From Octopus sinensis (taxonomy: Eukaryota), in assembly GCF_006345805.1 (NCBI RefSeq), contig NC_043013.1, positions 54,126,001-54,190,000 on the forward strand: a stretch of 64,000 nucleotides of DNA. The letters run 5' to 3'. The first letter of the stretch is position 1, and every line of letters begins with the position of its first letter. Below, piece after piece: positions 39,596 to 52,740 of the stretch. Below the pieces are notes generated by a model that was not told the DNA's origin, made no database searches, and saw only the letters and a list, made by a program, of their open reading frames with translations. A program made the position numbers and the translations under genes.

Positions 39596-39810
39596 GGCGG
39601 TGAGCTGGCAGAAATGTTAGCACGCCGGGCAAAATACGTATTTCGTCTGTCGTTACGTTCTGAGTTCAAATTCTACAGAGGTCGACTTTGCCTTTCATCC
39701 TTTCGGGGTCAATAAATCAAGTACCAGTTACGCACTGGGGTTGATATAATCGACTTAATCCGTTTGTCTGTTCCCTCTGTGTTTAGCCCCTTGTGGATAG
39801 TAAAGAAATA
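39596..39810 (+). mobile_element. Full-length Meta-like SINE (family A), near consensus
   Basis: ggcggtgagctggcagaaatgttagc...gagttcaaattc...gcctttcatcctttcggggtc (Meta-like core)...gtttagccccttgtgg...aaagaaata. Confidence 0.9.
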
Positions 39811-41149
39811 TATATACATATGTGTGTATGTGTGTACATATATATATTTATATACATACATGCGTGTCTGTATATATGTATTTGTGTGTATGTATACACA
39901 TGCACACACTTAAATACACTGTGTGGATTACGTCTCTTTCTCTTCTAATTGGAATTGAAGTTAAATAAAACACTACTACCACTACTGTTGCTGCAAGACG
40001 AATCTGTTAAAACAATAGTCATATTTCTCCTGTCTGGTTAGAAAATATCTCGTTTTTCTCTTCCACTTAAGAGGAGCCAGTGAAGAGAAATGAGGTAATT
40101 AGTAAGTGTATTTGTCTTTATCTTTAAAACTCTGTCAGGAATAGTCTTTATTAGAGAAGAGAGAGAGAGAGATAGGTGGGGAATACAGAAAAGGCAGGTG
40201 ATTGTTTTATTTTTGTTTTTATTTCTTATGAAAGAAAACATTTTTCGTTTCGTTTTGTCTTTTTTTGTTTTCATTGACAATTTCTCTTTTGTAAATTAGA
40301 TTTTTGAAGCAGACAAATCGTATAACATTAAGAGCTTCAGGGTAAATAATAACTCTTTTCACTAAATTTATTATTATTGTTGTTGTTGTCATCACATTGA
40401 GGGCAGTGTAGAGCAAAATTGGTTGAGAATAGTACACAAAATGCATGAGGCATCCAAGTTTGTCATTTCACGTTCTGAGTTCAAATCTTGCCAAGATTGC
40501 ATTTACTTTACATTTGTGCAGGGTTGCATCAGAGAACCAACTGGCAGAGGCATTGAAGCATTAGATGAAATGCCTTACTCTCTGCACGAGTTCAAATCCT
40601 AGCAAGATCAACTTTTCCTTTCAGGGTCAATAAAATACCAATCCTTCCCTTTTTCCCTTGAATAAACCCATTGTGGTCAGACATTGAGAGAAATGGCTTC
40701 TATAGCTCTAAAAATGCTCAAGGCATGCCTTATGTTGCAACATTTCACCCAGACCCCCATGATTCCATTAGGGAGAGCCAAACGTAAGATGATATAGACT
40801 CAGGGATGGTCATGTGATTGCAAAATTTATTTTACAACCATGTAATTTTAGGCTCAGTTCCTCTGTGTATTTGGTCTCCATTGCATGTGTTTGTATAGAC
40901 ACATTTATGCAGACATATACTCAACTGCTTATTAGCATGTACTAACTTAGAATAACATGGAAAGAAAAACATACTCCATAAGTATATTGTAGTGATGCAA
41001 TACAAATGGACACAGGTATTGCTACTCAAAGTCTCACCTCAATGAATTACATACTGAATTAACTGCAATAATAATTTTCAAATTCACAGATTTTTAAGCA
41101 ATGTGAATGTGAACTATTCCCTCAATACTACTCCCCACTCCAAGCTGGG

Positions 41150-41385
41150 GTGGGGGATTGTCTTGCAAAGTACTTGGTGACCCTATTGGTGCTGGTGCCA
41201 CATAAAAAACATCTAGTACACTCTGTAAAGGGGTTGGCATTATGAAGGGCATCCAGATGTAGAAACCATGCCAAAACAGACAATGGAATCCTGTGTATGC
41301 CAGCTCTCAGTCAAACTATCTAACCCATACCATCATGGAAAACAGATGTTCAATGACGATGATGATGATGATGATGATGATGATG
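41150..41385 (+). mobile_element. Family C retroposon, diverged, long (GAT)n tail
   Basis: cacataaaaaacatc...catcatggaaaacagatgttcaatgacgatgatgatgatg. Confidence 0.65.
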
Positions 41386-43264
41386 CATAGCATTAGAATG
41401 CATGGTCGGTAACTCCTAGATATCATCTTAAGTGTTATTTTTGCTGAGTGGAGCTGTCCTTAAATTCAATACTGAGGAAGGGAGATAATCAATGTAACAT
41501 AACTAAATGCACTGGAAATATTGTAAATTTCATGACCCAAAGTGTTATGTTGGACATAGCAGTATGACACTTTGTCATCATTGACCATGCATCTACAAAG
41601 AGGCGCCATCATGATCCAAGAAATAAAATTAGAGAGATTATCAATTGATTGCAGTACAATTTATAATAATAATGATGATGATGATTATTTTGGGTACTTT
41701 ACGAATGGGTTAGTACATATCACCAATGCAGTGATACAAGGCATGAAATCTACTAGGATTTAATTGATATATAATTTTAAATCTGGCATTAATGATTTTA
41801 ACAGTTATAATGAATCTCCCATGATCCTTCATGGCCTAATGCAAAGTACTCAAGCAGTAGCTTGCAGTGGCTAACATTTCAACCTCCTGATGAGATTGAA
41901 ATATTTTGAAACCTGAATAGGCTAGAATATTTAGGAAGATAATTATTCCAAAGTAGATGAAGGTTCAATAAGGGACAATGCAAAACCCTAACTAGATGGG
42001 TATAAATTCCTATGCTGACATGTTGTGTGTGCATGTTCATACATATATGAATTAAAGGCATACTAAGAAGTCCCAAGTTGTCTAAAGCTGTGTCTATGTA
42101 TATTTAACAATTTCATGTCCACATGAACATAGAAACACCTTTCCTGCAACAACTCTCTTGGAAGAGGAATTCTCCCTTTAAGACAATGTGTGTGGAAACC
42201 AAAATGGACTATGAATGAGGAAGGACTGTAGGACATGTGATTCTGCATTCTTATTCTTCATCAGCTACAGACACATTGTCTTTAAGGGGGATTTCTCTTT
42301 TAAGATAGTTACTGTAGCAACTATCTTAACATGTTTGAATGAATGAGAATGTATTAAATATACACAGCTTGTATAATAAACATTTGAATTGTATGTAGTT
42401 TACCTCTGGTTTCTGACTGAATGTATGCTCACTTGTACTCCTAGCTCACTCAATGCTCTTTCCAAAGGTAGTACTTCATGACCTCAAGAGAACATTCATT
42501 TGTGTGTTCAGTTTTACTCGCATTATCTCACTCTCTCTTTCTCTCCTACACACACTCTTCCTCTTTCTCTCTTGAGTTCATCAAGTATGTTTTGAAAGAA
42601 ACAAATTATATATTGGTTATATTTGATTTAGAAATAAAAAAATGATTGTATTCATTGTGCTTTAACAGGATTGAACACTTTGGTTTCATTGAGGTTTTAC
42701 TTGTGTTCACAAACAAGTAAATTACATTAATATACATGCACACACACACACGCACATGTAAATATATGTGTGGGTATGTTAAATCTCTTAGACAATCTCT
42801 TCCAGATGTTGCTAAGATTATATAGTATTAGAGATATGCTAAAGCAGTACTACTTAAAACGAGTTCCCACAACCAATAAAGCTTCTCCCTTTTACACATC
42901 CTATGTAAATGAGTATTGATTGAGAGTTAGACAAAATATTTTCTTGACAATTTAGCGAACATTGGTAATTACTTGATCAGTTAACTGAGCCATAATAGCA
43001 GCAATGTCTTTGACAACTATTGTTGTATTTGTATAGGATATTAATTTCATTGCATCCAAAAACATAATCTTGCTCACCTCACTGTTTACAATGAAATCTT
43101 TGCAATGTGTACTAGATATCGATATTCAAATATGATTGATCATTTTTCATTTCCTCCGAATTACTGAAGTCCTTTCCAAAAGAACATTGACTATAAATTT
43201 GCAACTAAATAATATATATTTCTACTGATTATTTATTAACTGCAAGAGCAAAGAAATGGAAACC

Positions 43265-43306
<42 letters not shown>

Positions 43307-45197
43307 CATCTGGAGAACAACCTTATAACTTCAAGACTACAGAACTGAAAACCACACACACACAAACACATTCAATATCATCTGGATAAAAACCTTATAG
43401 TATGCTTTACAAATCTCCTCCATGTATATTGGCTACCATATGAGTTCATGTAGCAGGAATATATATTTGCTGACAGGTTGGTGTGAACAAAAATTTGGAA
43501 GGAACTATGCCATTAAAGACAGATATTACTGAGATATTTAGAACATATTTAGATTAGATGAGCTAAGTTTCCATGATGATCTAATCAAAATATCTGAAAG
43601 TATGAATAATTAAACACCCATTTTAGCCAAGGCACCAACAGTTACTAAATCTAAAGGACTTTTAGGCCAACATAAAAAATTTATGGCATGTGGCAGGCTG
43701 ATTGTATGAATATTTGGATTTCTTTCTAAATATGGGGAGAACAGCTTGCTCCACTATGTAACTGGTATTTATTTTATAGGATGATGATTGGCAAAGTTAA
43801 ACTCAGACTATAAAAGAATACCATGAAACATGGCAAATGATTGTTGTCTGATGTTCTACCAATTCTGTCGAGCCACGGGCTTCAAAATAACTTTTATGTG
43901 AATATTAACATAATATAATCTATTTTCAGCTGAAGCAATGAAGAATATTGATCTTTTAAAATTACTTTCGTTTTAACATTTCATAGATAAAAATGTTTCT
44001 CAGAAACATAATTCTTTCAAAGAAATATCTTGATTAAATGAATAATTATAACGAAATTATAATTGATATTGTAATGAAGCTGTACAACAGTTTTAGAAAT
44101 AAACTTGCCAGACGGAATGGTAGAAATATAAGAATGAATTTTATTTACCCGTTGAAGCTGTTCCTGATTGATACACATAATATTCTTCAAATGTTAATGT
44201 ATGTATAATAATGTATATATCTATTAAATTTTACTTTTAGGGATTTCCTTAAAAACCATTTCAGAATTCAATAAATGCAGTATATCACATATACATGCAA
44301 AATATATTACATATTTTCTGTTAAAGTTTTTTAAATTGTTCAAATTGCATTAAAAATCTGCCAGATTCTTTGAAAATAGATAATTTTTGGTTTGCTTTTT
44401 TAATGATTATTTTATGCTATACGCAGTTAGTTGTTGACTTTTTTAAAATCAGATATATCCATTAACGGGTTATTACAGTTGCGGTTATGACATCTATGCT
44501 TTATCCAAAAGGTATATGAACATCAAAATATGTTAACTGCAAATCAAACCAACGTCAAAGGCATAGCTTACAGGGGGCTTATCAACTACATTAAAGAAGT
44601 TGCATGCAGCCTTTATGTTTGAATAATCTGTGTGTGACTGCAGTATTGAAGCTAAATTATAGATTTGAGGCTGGTAGTTTCTAACAGCTTGTCTGTAGAA
44701 CTTTGTGTGCATCTCTCATCATGAATCTAAAGCATAAACAGCTATCTTTTATAAAGAGAACTTCACAGGAAACAAATATAATATATTAATCTAATTGAGC
44801 TGTGTATGTATCAATAATTTACATAGGCGAAATTTGTATTTCAATTAAATTCCCCTTTAATTATTCAGCTCCGCAATAAAGAAATTTTTTTTTTAATAGC
44901 AATGTAAAAGAATGCACAGAAATTAGAAATTTGAAATTACTATTTCATTGAAATGTTATTAATAATATGAAACTGTGATGAAGAAAATATATTTCTGATT
45001 GCATTTAAATTTCCAAAGAATTCTCAATTAGGGTTCACTTTCTCTCCATGAAAATAAAACTGTTACTACTGTAGCAATGTTCCACCCCAATCCCACCACA
45101 CACTCGCCACTCCCCCCTCTCTCTCTCTCTCTCAAAAGTGTACTTATTTACAAAACATTCCCATTGTAATTTTTCTGTAGAAGTAAAAATGCATTAC

Positions 45198-45383
45198 CTG
45201 AGTAAGGTTGTCGCTTTTTGCGATGAAGCTGATCTCCAATGCAAGAAATAGATTTACATTTACTCCAAGCACTCCATTCGGATGCCAAGCATCGTGCTCG
45301 ACATTCGATATGGCAGACTTTTGATAATGACGGCTTTGACTCTTTGCAATTACTTTCTGCTACTGGAACTTGCTTGTTATCAT
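45198..45383 (-). CDS. THSD7A: THSD7-like TSR protein, internal exon A (186 nt, phase 1-1)
   Basis: Acceptor gtattttacag|AT, donor TCAG|gtaatg. Encodes DNKQVPVAESNCKESKPSLSKVCHIECRARCLASEWSAWSKCKSISCIGDQLHRKKRQPYS. The C..KP....C.I.C...C..SEWSAWS.C....C pattern matches the THSD7 repeat as I recall it (human LCHIPCPTECEVSPWSAWGPCTYENC). Symbol is family-level; THSD7A and THSD7B are vertebrate paralogs. Confidence 0.9.
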
Positions 45384-48300
45384 CTGTAAAATACACAAAC
45401 AGATATAAAGAGTAGTAAAATATATTTTCAATATTCCTCTTCACCTCAGTAGTTCACTCAAATAAGTGTGCAATAATTGTATAATGGTATTAATTTAGTC
45501 TAAAACTAAAGAATATTGATGTGGCTGTCACTATTTATTATTTTTCAATAGTTTGTGTGTGTGTGTATATATATATATAATATGCATACATGAGTACACT
45601 GACTCAGACACACATCTGTAAGTGATAAGAGTAAGAAAAGGCTCCTTCTGACCAATTAGAATTCATATATTGATCAAGATTTTAATTAAATATTTTAAAA
45701 ATTTCGTTGTATTTTCCTGAACAGTTTTAATTGTAAACTTTGGAAGAAGAAAAAGATAGAGAACAAATATTGATTTTTCTTCCTCCCACTAAATCAATTA
45801 AAATTTGATATACAGGTCAACCAAGTTTGGAGTTACACCTTAAGAATATGTGACTACATAAACCAAACTTAGTCATTTTGTACAGTTGTTCTAAATTATT
45901 CTGCCATTCTTGCAGCTTATGATGAAGTAAAAAAACAAAAAAGCTGTTCTTATAGAATTTAGAAGTGGATTATGGATGAAGTTTGCAAGATAGGAATATT
46001 TTTTTTTACATTCATTTGTATTTCTTTTCAATTTTTTTTTATGTAATTATAAATTACAATTGATGTAGTATTTGTAAAAGTGAGTTACAGCTAATCTAAA
46101 TTTAATCAGGAAAATGAAAATAGTTTAAGAAAATCAAACAGAAAAACAAAATGAAAAGCAGGAAAAACAAACAGGTGCTGCAGAAAATTCTAGAAACTGT
46201 TTATACTATATTAAAGATAGGTCAGTGATAGTATTAACATCTTGAGTTTTAACATTAGTTGATGGAAGATACATATATAATTGTCAAAATTAACAATTTA
46301 AATATTTAAATGCTGGAAAGAAATTTGTTTATGAAATAACATAAAACTTTGAATATACATACATACTTACACAACAATATTTGTGTGTGTGTGAGAATGT
46401 GTGTGTGCATGTGTAGATGTTTGTGTGTGTGAGAATGTGTGCGTGCATGTGTAGATGTGTGTGGTGTGTGTATATATAATATCATTTACTATACATAGAT
46501 TTTATGATCTACTATTAGTTTCCTGCTGTGGAAACAATAATTAAGCATTTTTATGTAACATGCCTTGTATCGCCAAGGAATTCTTCAATTCCAATACACA
46601 TGGTTAGTCCTATTTTAAAAACAGGATACTGGTCTATTAAAAAAACAAGAAGGAAGTTAATGCAAAAAGTGGAACAAGGAAACAAAATGTGAATGTACAC
46701 AAACAGAAAAAGGAAGGAAATAAAGCAAAGAGTTGCAACCTTTTATCTATTGAAATAATAATCATGTATAGCTGGTGTAGAATAATTTAATGGGGAAGAG
46801 ACAACTGCTCAATCTGGAGAGAGTGTTGTCGTCCAGTTCAACAAGAGAAATTTGTCCATATGCCTGCAGTTGGTAAAAATTTTTAACTGGAAGACACTAC
46901 CCTCTCCAGATTGAACTTCGCAGACTTTTGCCTCCTCTACACCAACTAGATAATTACGATTTTGATGGACAAAGTGGTGGTGCAACTCTTAGTTTTCTTT
47001 CCTTTTCTTTATTTTTCTATTTTTGTTCATATGTTGTTTTCTTGTTCCATTTTTCACATCAACCTTCTTTTGGTCCTTATGTTTTCTCTTTGAGCAGTGT
47101 CTTGTTTTTCAAATGGGACCAACCATGTTTACTGAGCCTGAAGGATTGCTTGGAGACAGAAGACACTTTATGGAAATCTGTGGAATTATTGTGTTCCCAC
47201 AGTGTTAAATTATTAGTAGGCCATATTTATATGCTGTGTATATTTGGTGATATTTATCTCTTCCTGGAATTGACAAACTCTGAATATAGGAAGAGTTTTA
47301 GGTAGCGATACCTCACATCTTGCTACCTCAGAGTAGGAACCTTTTAAAGACAAGAAGAAAGAAAACTCATTTTTTATGGGCTGTATTTTAGCTACATTTG
47401 TTGTGAAATTTTGAACTTAAGAAAGCGTTAAAACATTTTAAATCAATGTTGAAAATGAGTTTCCTAAGGAATTCTCTCCCGTTATATAAATTCGTTTTAA
47501 GTTGAAAAATGAAGTGATACAGTTGGAGGAGTAAAATAAAAAGTAAATTTTTTTTGTTACATTCATCAAAAACAGAAGACTGCATTGGTAAGGGTATGTT
47601 GTATGAATGGATAAACGCAACCTTACAAAGAAATGCCAATTGCTTAATGTGGTCAGAACCTGTGCGATGGGAGAGATCCAGAAAAATGTAGGGCAAAGTA
47701 GTGAAGGTTGATGTTAAACTGATGAGTCTGAATCACGAAAGTGATAATAGTTAATGAAGAAGATTAATTACATGATGAAATTTGATGGTGAAATAAATAA
47801 GTAATCTCATTTCTCAGCATTTAGATAAGTATTAAGTGCAATAGCAACATGAAGAAGGAAAGCAGATATAGATTTAAAAGTCAGCCTCTGAAGTATATTT
47901 ACTAGGAAAGTAAAATGTCACAACAATGTATAAAAGCTGATGATTCATATAAAGACAGCTTTGCTGATATCAAAGTTCGGTATATCAAAAAATAAGTCTA
48001 CAATAATTGTGATAGGAAGACAATGTAATGTAACAATTGAAATGAAAACTACAGTGAAATGCCACAATTCTGGTAATTGGTATAGAAAATTTTGCAATGA
48101 TGTCTGTTACTATAGAAGGTTAAAAAAGCAAACATTACATATATAATGGTACTGTAGTGTTACTAATCCGAACAACTATAAATGGAAGTTGAGTTTATTG
48201 TGGAGTGCAGGCACAGAATAGTAATACTAATTACATGTATTATGATAGAAGAAAAACTAATTTTAATATAAGTAATGTTAAAAGTTATAATAAGAACTAG

Positions 48301-49862
48301 TATCACTGGTGACCGTGATATTGTTGAGTAGAGACATAGAGGGAGAATTATGTAGATCTGATCCTCAATAGACATTAATTAAGAAATTACTTTTATTTTT
48401 ATTTTTTTGGCTTTGGTATAGAACTACGTCAATTATCAGATAAGATGTTTTGTTTTATTCTCCGTCTCTTGCTGAATTCAGACCATTTATTGATTGATTA
48501 TTGATCTTTTTTTTATATTTCCAATTAGAGTGAATAACCTTCAGCTTTCCACTTGCCAGTTGGTTGGTAGTAATTCTGCAGAAGGATTAGATTGCTGTTT
48601 TACACAAGTAACAATTGATGTAATTAGCAAAACAAATAGGCAAGTTATCAATGAGTTTTATCAAGGACAAATGCAAAACGAAAATGTGTTAAATATTCCC
48701 AGACTAATCCTTCAACCATAATTCCAATATCAAAAGAAATGTTATGCTGATGATGCCACCCAATTCACTCAGTACAAACGTATTTTCTTCAGATTTCCAG
48801 TTACATAATATGAGAAGATTTATAGCAGTTGAACTCTTATTTCAGACATGATTAAAGAACAGCTAAGATCTCATGTTAATTCAATAATAGAGACATGCCC
48901 TTTTTCCTGTCTCTTTTTTTTATTTGTCTGTAAGCCTTCACTCTGATCTATGGTTCCATCTCTCTCCAGGTCTCCAGGCTGATGCTTAGAGGTTAGTTTA
49001 TAAAACTCATAACTCAAACAACATAATGTCAAATTTCTTTAAATAGTATAACCAAGAATTTCATAGATCTATTGAAGTGGCAATGGATCCAGTTAATTCT
49101 AAAAAATATGTTTCTTGGTCAGTAAACAATATCCTGTTTCTTTCTTTCTTTCTTTTTGTACATCTGTTTTCTGATGCTTGTAGGGCTTTGATGACAAGTG
49201 ACTTTGAAGCTGGATTTCGTAGCTGGACTCTTTTCCCATCACTGATACTCATCTGTTTCTTCAGTAAGAGATTTCGATATTTCACAGGTGTTGAAAAGCA
49301 CTGAACGACCAGCCACAATGCCAATGTTTTTACTCGGGCACAAGCAAAATATCAAAATTTACAAACAGTTGCACACACACACATACACACACACAGAATC
49401 AGCTTCATTCAGTTTCTCTCTACTGAGTTCATTCTCATGGCATTGGGCAATAAATGACATTTGCTCGATGTGCAACTAAAGCAGTGATGCTAAAAACATG
49501 AAACCATGGAAATGCCAAACAAACTTTCTAACAACATAGTTATGCCGATGTTTAAATTTTATAATCTTGAAATTCTTCCAAAATAGTAGTTATTTCCTGG
49601 TGAGAAAAGTAGCAGATAATTTTCTAAATAAAAATTTGTGAAAAATATCTCAAACCCTCGATCAAAATTTCAGTAGCCTTCCCTTCATAAACCATGTGTA
49701 AGGTTAGTTTTGCATTTTTACTTAAAAACTTGTATTTGTAATAACGGTGTTTTCAGTCCTGTCACCTATGCATTATGGATTTACTCTTCCAAATATTTTT
49801 CATTGGTGGATGTAATTAAATTACTGAAATTTATTAAAAGAATGTAAACTATTTTGCATGTA

Positions 49863-50090
49863 CCTATTTCTTTACTACCCACAAGGGGCTAAACAGGGAG
49901 AGGACAAACAAGGACAGACAAACGGATTAAGTCGATTATATCGACCCCAGTGTGTAACTGGTACTTATTTAATCGACCACGAAAGGATGAAAGGCAAAGT
50001 CAACCTCGGCAGAATTTGAACTCAGAATGTAGCGGCAGACAAAATACCACTAAGCATTTCGCCCAACGTGCTAACAATTCTGCCAGCTAA
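49863..50090 (-). mobile_element. Full-length Meta-like SINE (family A)
   Basis: Inverse of the family A consensus, from tatttctttactaccc to gtgctaacaattctgccagct. Confidence 0.88.
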
Positions 50091-50139
50091 CCAAAACCAC
50101 TGATAGTCTCTGGTAATAAACCTTTGAACTAAGTTCCCC

Positions 50140-50680
50140 ACTTCTTGGTATTAACTCTTGGAAAAGAAATTCCTGTCAGACCGTTCCATTGCTGTGTGCA
50201 CTGACGTGACAACCTTTGATACACATTCCATAAACTCTGATGTACTTCAAATTTTAGTTCTATCACCAGTCTCCCCACTGTCTGTAACTACTGGTCTTTT
50301 TGCTGCTATTTCTAACTAATATAATGCACACATTTGTGCTAGCCTCTTTAATGTTCCATTCACAGTCATTATCCACAGATGTGTTAGAGACCTCTCACCA
50401 GATAATACTCTACTTTCATTACTTCTAGAAAGCTAAATATACTCTATGATCCAGTCTACTATACCTATTGCCTCTCCTCCACTCGTAATCCATACCACCT
50501 CACCCATCACAATATTATTAATCACTTTCCTAAATTCTAAGTCAGCATTACAGACACCTAGCATTTCCTTCTTACCAATGAAACCTATACAAACCCAAGT
50601 TAGCCATTAGTCTTATCATCATGGCAAAGCCAACAATTTCATGGGTACTGTCCCTCTTCTTTCAGTTAATTAATGAAAAA
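50140..50680 (-). mobile_element. Highly decayed RTE LINE fragment
   Basis: The minus strand shows eroded counterparts, in the same order, of the YADD region and downstream motifs seen at 1480-2400. Confidence 0.5.
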
Positions 50681-52145
50681 CAGTGTTAAACATTTTAAAT
50701 CAATAAATTATTGATGATCCCAGGCAATTACAAGCCAATTAGTCTACTTATTACTGCTTATTTTAGCATTTTATACATTTTCTAATTAAAATCAATGGAA
50801 TATTACCATGTTCAAAGAAAATTAGTCAAGTGATGGAAATTTGAAACATTTCCTGTATATTCTATTATAACATGCAATGTATGAGTCACACCTAGCCTCA
50901 CAACTTTGGTAAATTCTATGAAGAGCAATGGATTTTAACTTGAACTGAAAACTATATTTTGTTAGTAAAGTTTATTTGTCAACAGAATGTGACAGTCCTA
51001 TAAAGGACAATGCCACTGTTGTTTAAGCTTTATAGGGCCACCACATTATGCTGGCTAATAAACTTTACTATCCGGTACTGTTACTGTATATCTCTTGCTG
51101 AGAGATTTAAAACAAGTTATATTTTGTTAATTTGAAGTAAACTTGAAATTAAAAAGAAAAGGTGATGGTTACAAATTTTTAATGAAAATTCTATCATAAA
51201 ACGAAACAGTTACAGTTCAAAATAGTATCAAGTTATAGAGTTAGTTAAATGAAGATGTATTTTTGAACATATGTTAGAATTTGAAATATGAATCAGTGAT
51301 ACTAACATATATTTGATGTGAAACATAAGATTAGAAATGACTCAAAAGCCATTTAATCATCAAGCAATGTAGATAAATCTGACATAATTAGAATCATTGT
51401 ATGTCACAAGAATTTCAGTATTAAATGAAACCTTGTGGTCATTAAATGTTATGTATGGCCTAGCAGAGCTTTCTCTACATTATTCTGTAATAAAAAAAAC
51501 TTTCATAGCATTGAGTTCCATATGTTTCGGCAGGTTAAGAATTTCACTTCATAATCACCTGGTTCTAAGTTTAGTCCTATAATGCTGCACCTTGGTTGAA
51601 TGCCTTTTGTCTTTTATTCCTCTCTCAGGTTGGCTAATAATAAGTGAGGAAAATTTGAGGGGATGGAAACTGCATGGAGGCCAGTTGTGTGGATATAGGA
51701 GTGATGGTGGTGTCTAGCTTTCAGTTATGGATTTTACATTAAAAAATAAAATAAAGTAAAACTTAACCATTTCATTAATAGTGATGAAATGATTACCAAA
51801 TTAAAATAATTACTAGAATTGGTATGATTAACTAAAACCCTTTGAAAGGTTACTGCAGCATGGCTGCATTCCAGTGACTGAAACATGTAAAAAAGGAATA
51901 AAATGCATTTGTGTGCATACATGTGCACAGATGTATACACTGTTTTAAAGGTCATTAAATCTGTGAAACTAAAGTCCTCTAGTTCATATAACAGTTAAGT
52001 TTTAATAGCACAACTTTTACAATTTCTGTCTATCTTAAAACACATAATCTACGATGCAGTTACATGTACCCATCCATGAACAACTTGATATTCTCTCATA
52101 TAATAATGATTGATATTATTATTATTAATAGTGATAATAATAAGT

Positions 52146-52740
52146 TGGCAAGCTGGCAGAATTATTAGCATGCTGGGTGAAATGCTTAGCTGGCATTTCA
52201 TCTATGTTCTGAGTTCAAATTCCGACAGGGTTGACTTTGCTTTTCATCCTTTTGGGATCGATAAAATAAGTACCAGCTGAGTGCTAGGGTCAATGTGGTC
52301 AACTCTCTCCCTCCCCACAAAATCCAGGCCTTGTGCCTATAGCAGAAAAGATTATTATTATTATTATTATATTATTATTATTATATGCCAAGGTCAACTT
52401 TGCCTTTCATCCTTTCGAGTTTGATAAAATAGTACCAGTTGAGTGCTGGGGTTGATGCAATTGACTTACACCTCACACAAAATTACTGGCCTTGTGCCAA
52501 AATGTGGGACCATTATTACTATTGTTATTATTTGTAATTTAGGTACAAACCAGCAATTTTGAGGGTAGGGATTAATTACTTCTACTCCATTGACTCAGTA
52601 TTTCACTGGTACTTTATTTATCAGCCTCTACAGGATTAAAGACAAAGTTGATCATAGTGGGATTTCAACTTGAAATATACAGTGCTGTAACTATATACCA
52701 CAAGGTATTTTGCTTGCTATGCTAATAATTCTCTGACTCC
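52146..52740. mobile_element. Cluster of three Meta-like SINE copies (+,+,-) separated by (ATT)n
   Basis: Plus head at about 52146, truncated plus copy at about 52385, inverted copy about 52545-52740. ATT runs at 52350-52385 and about 52512-52532. Confidence 0.7.
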
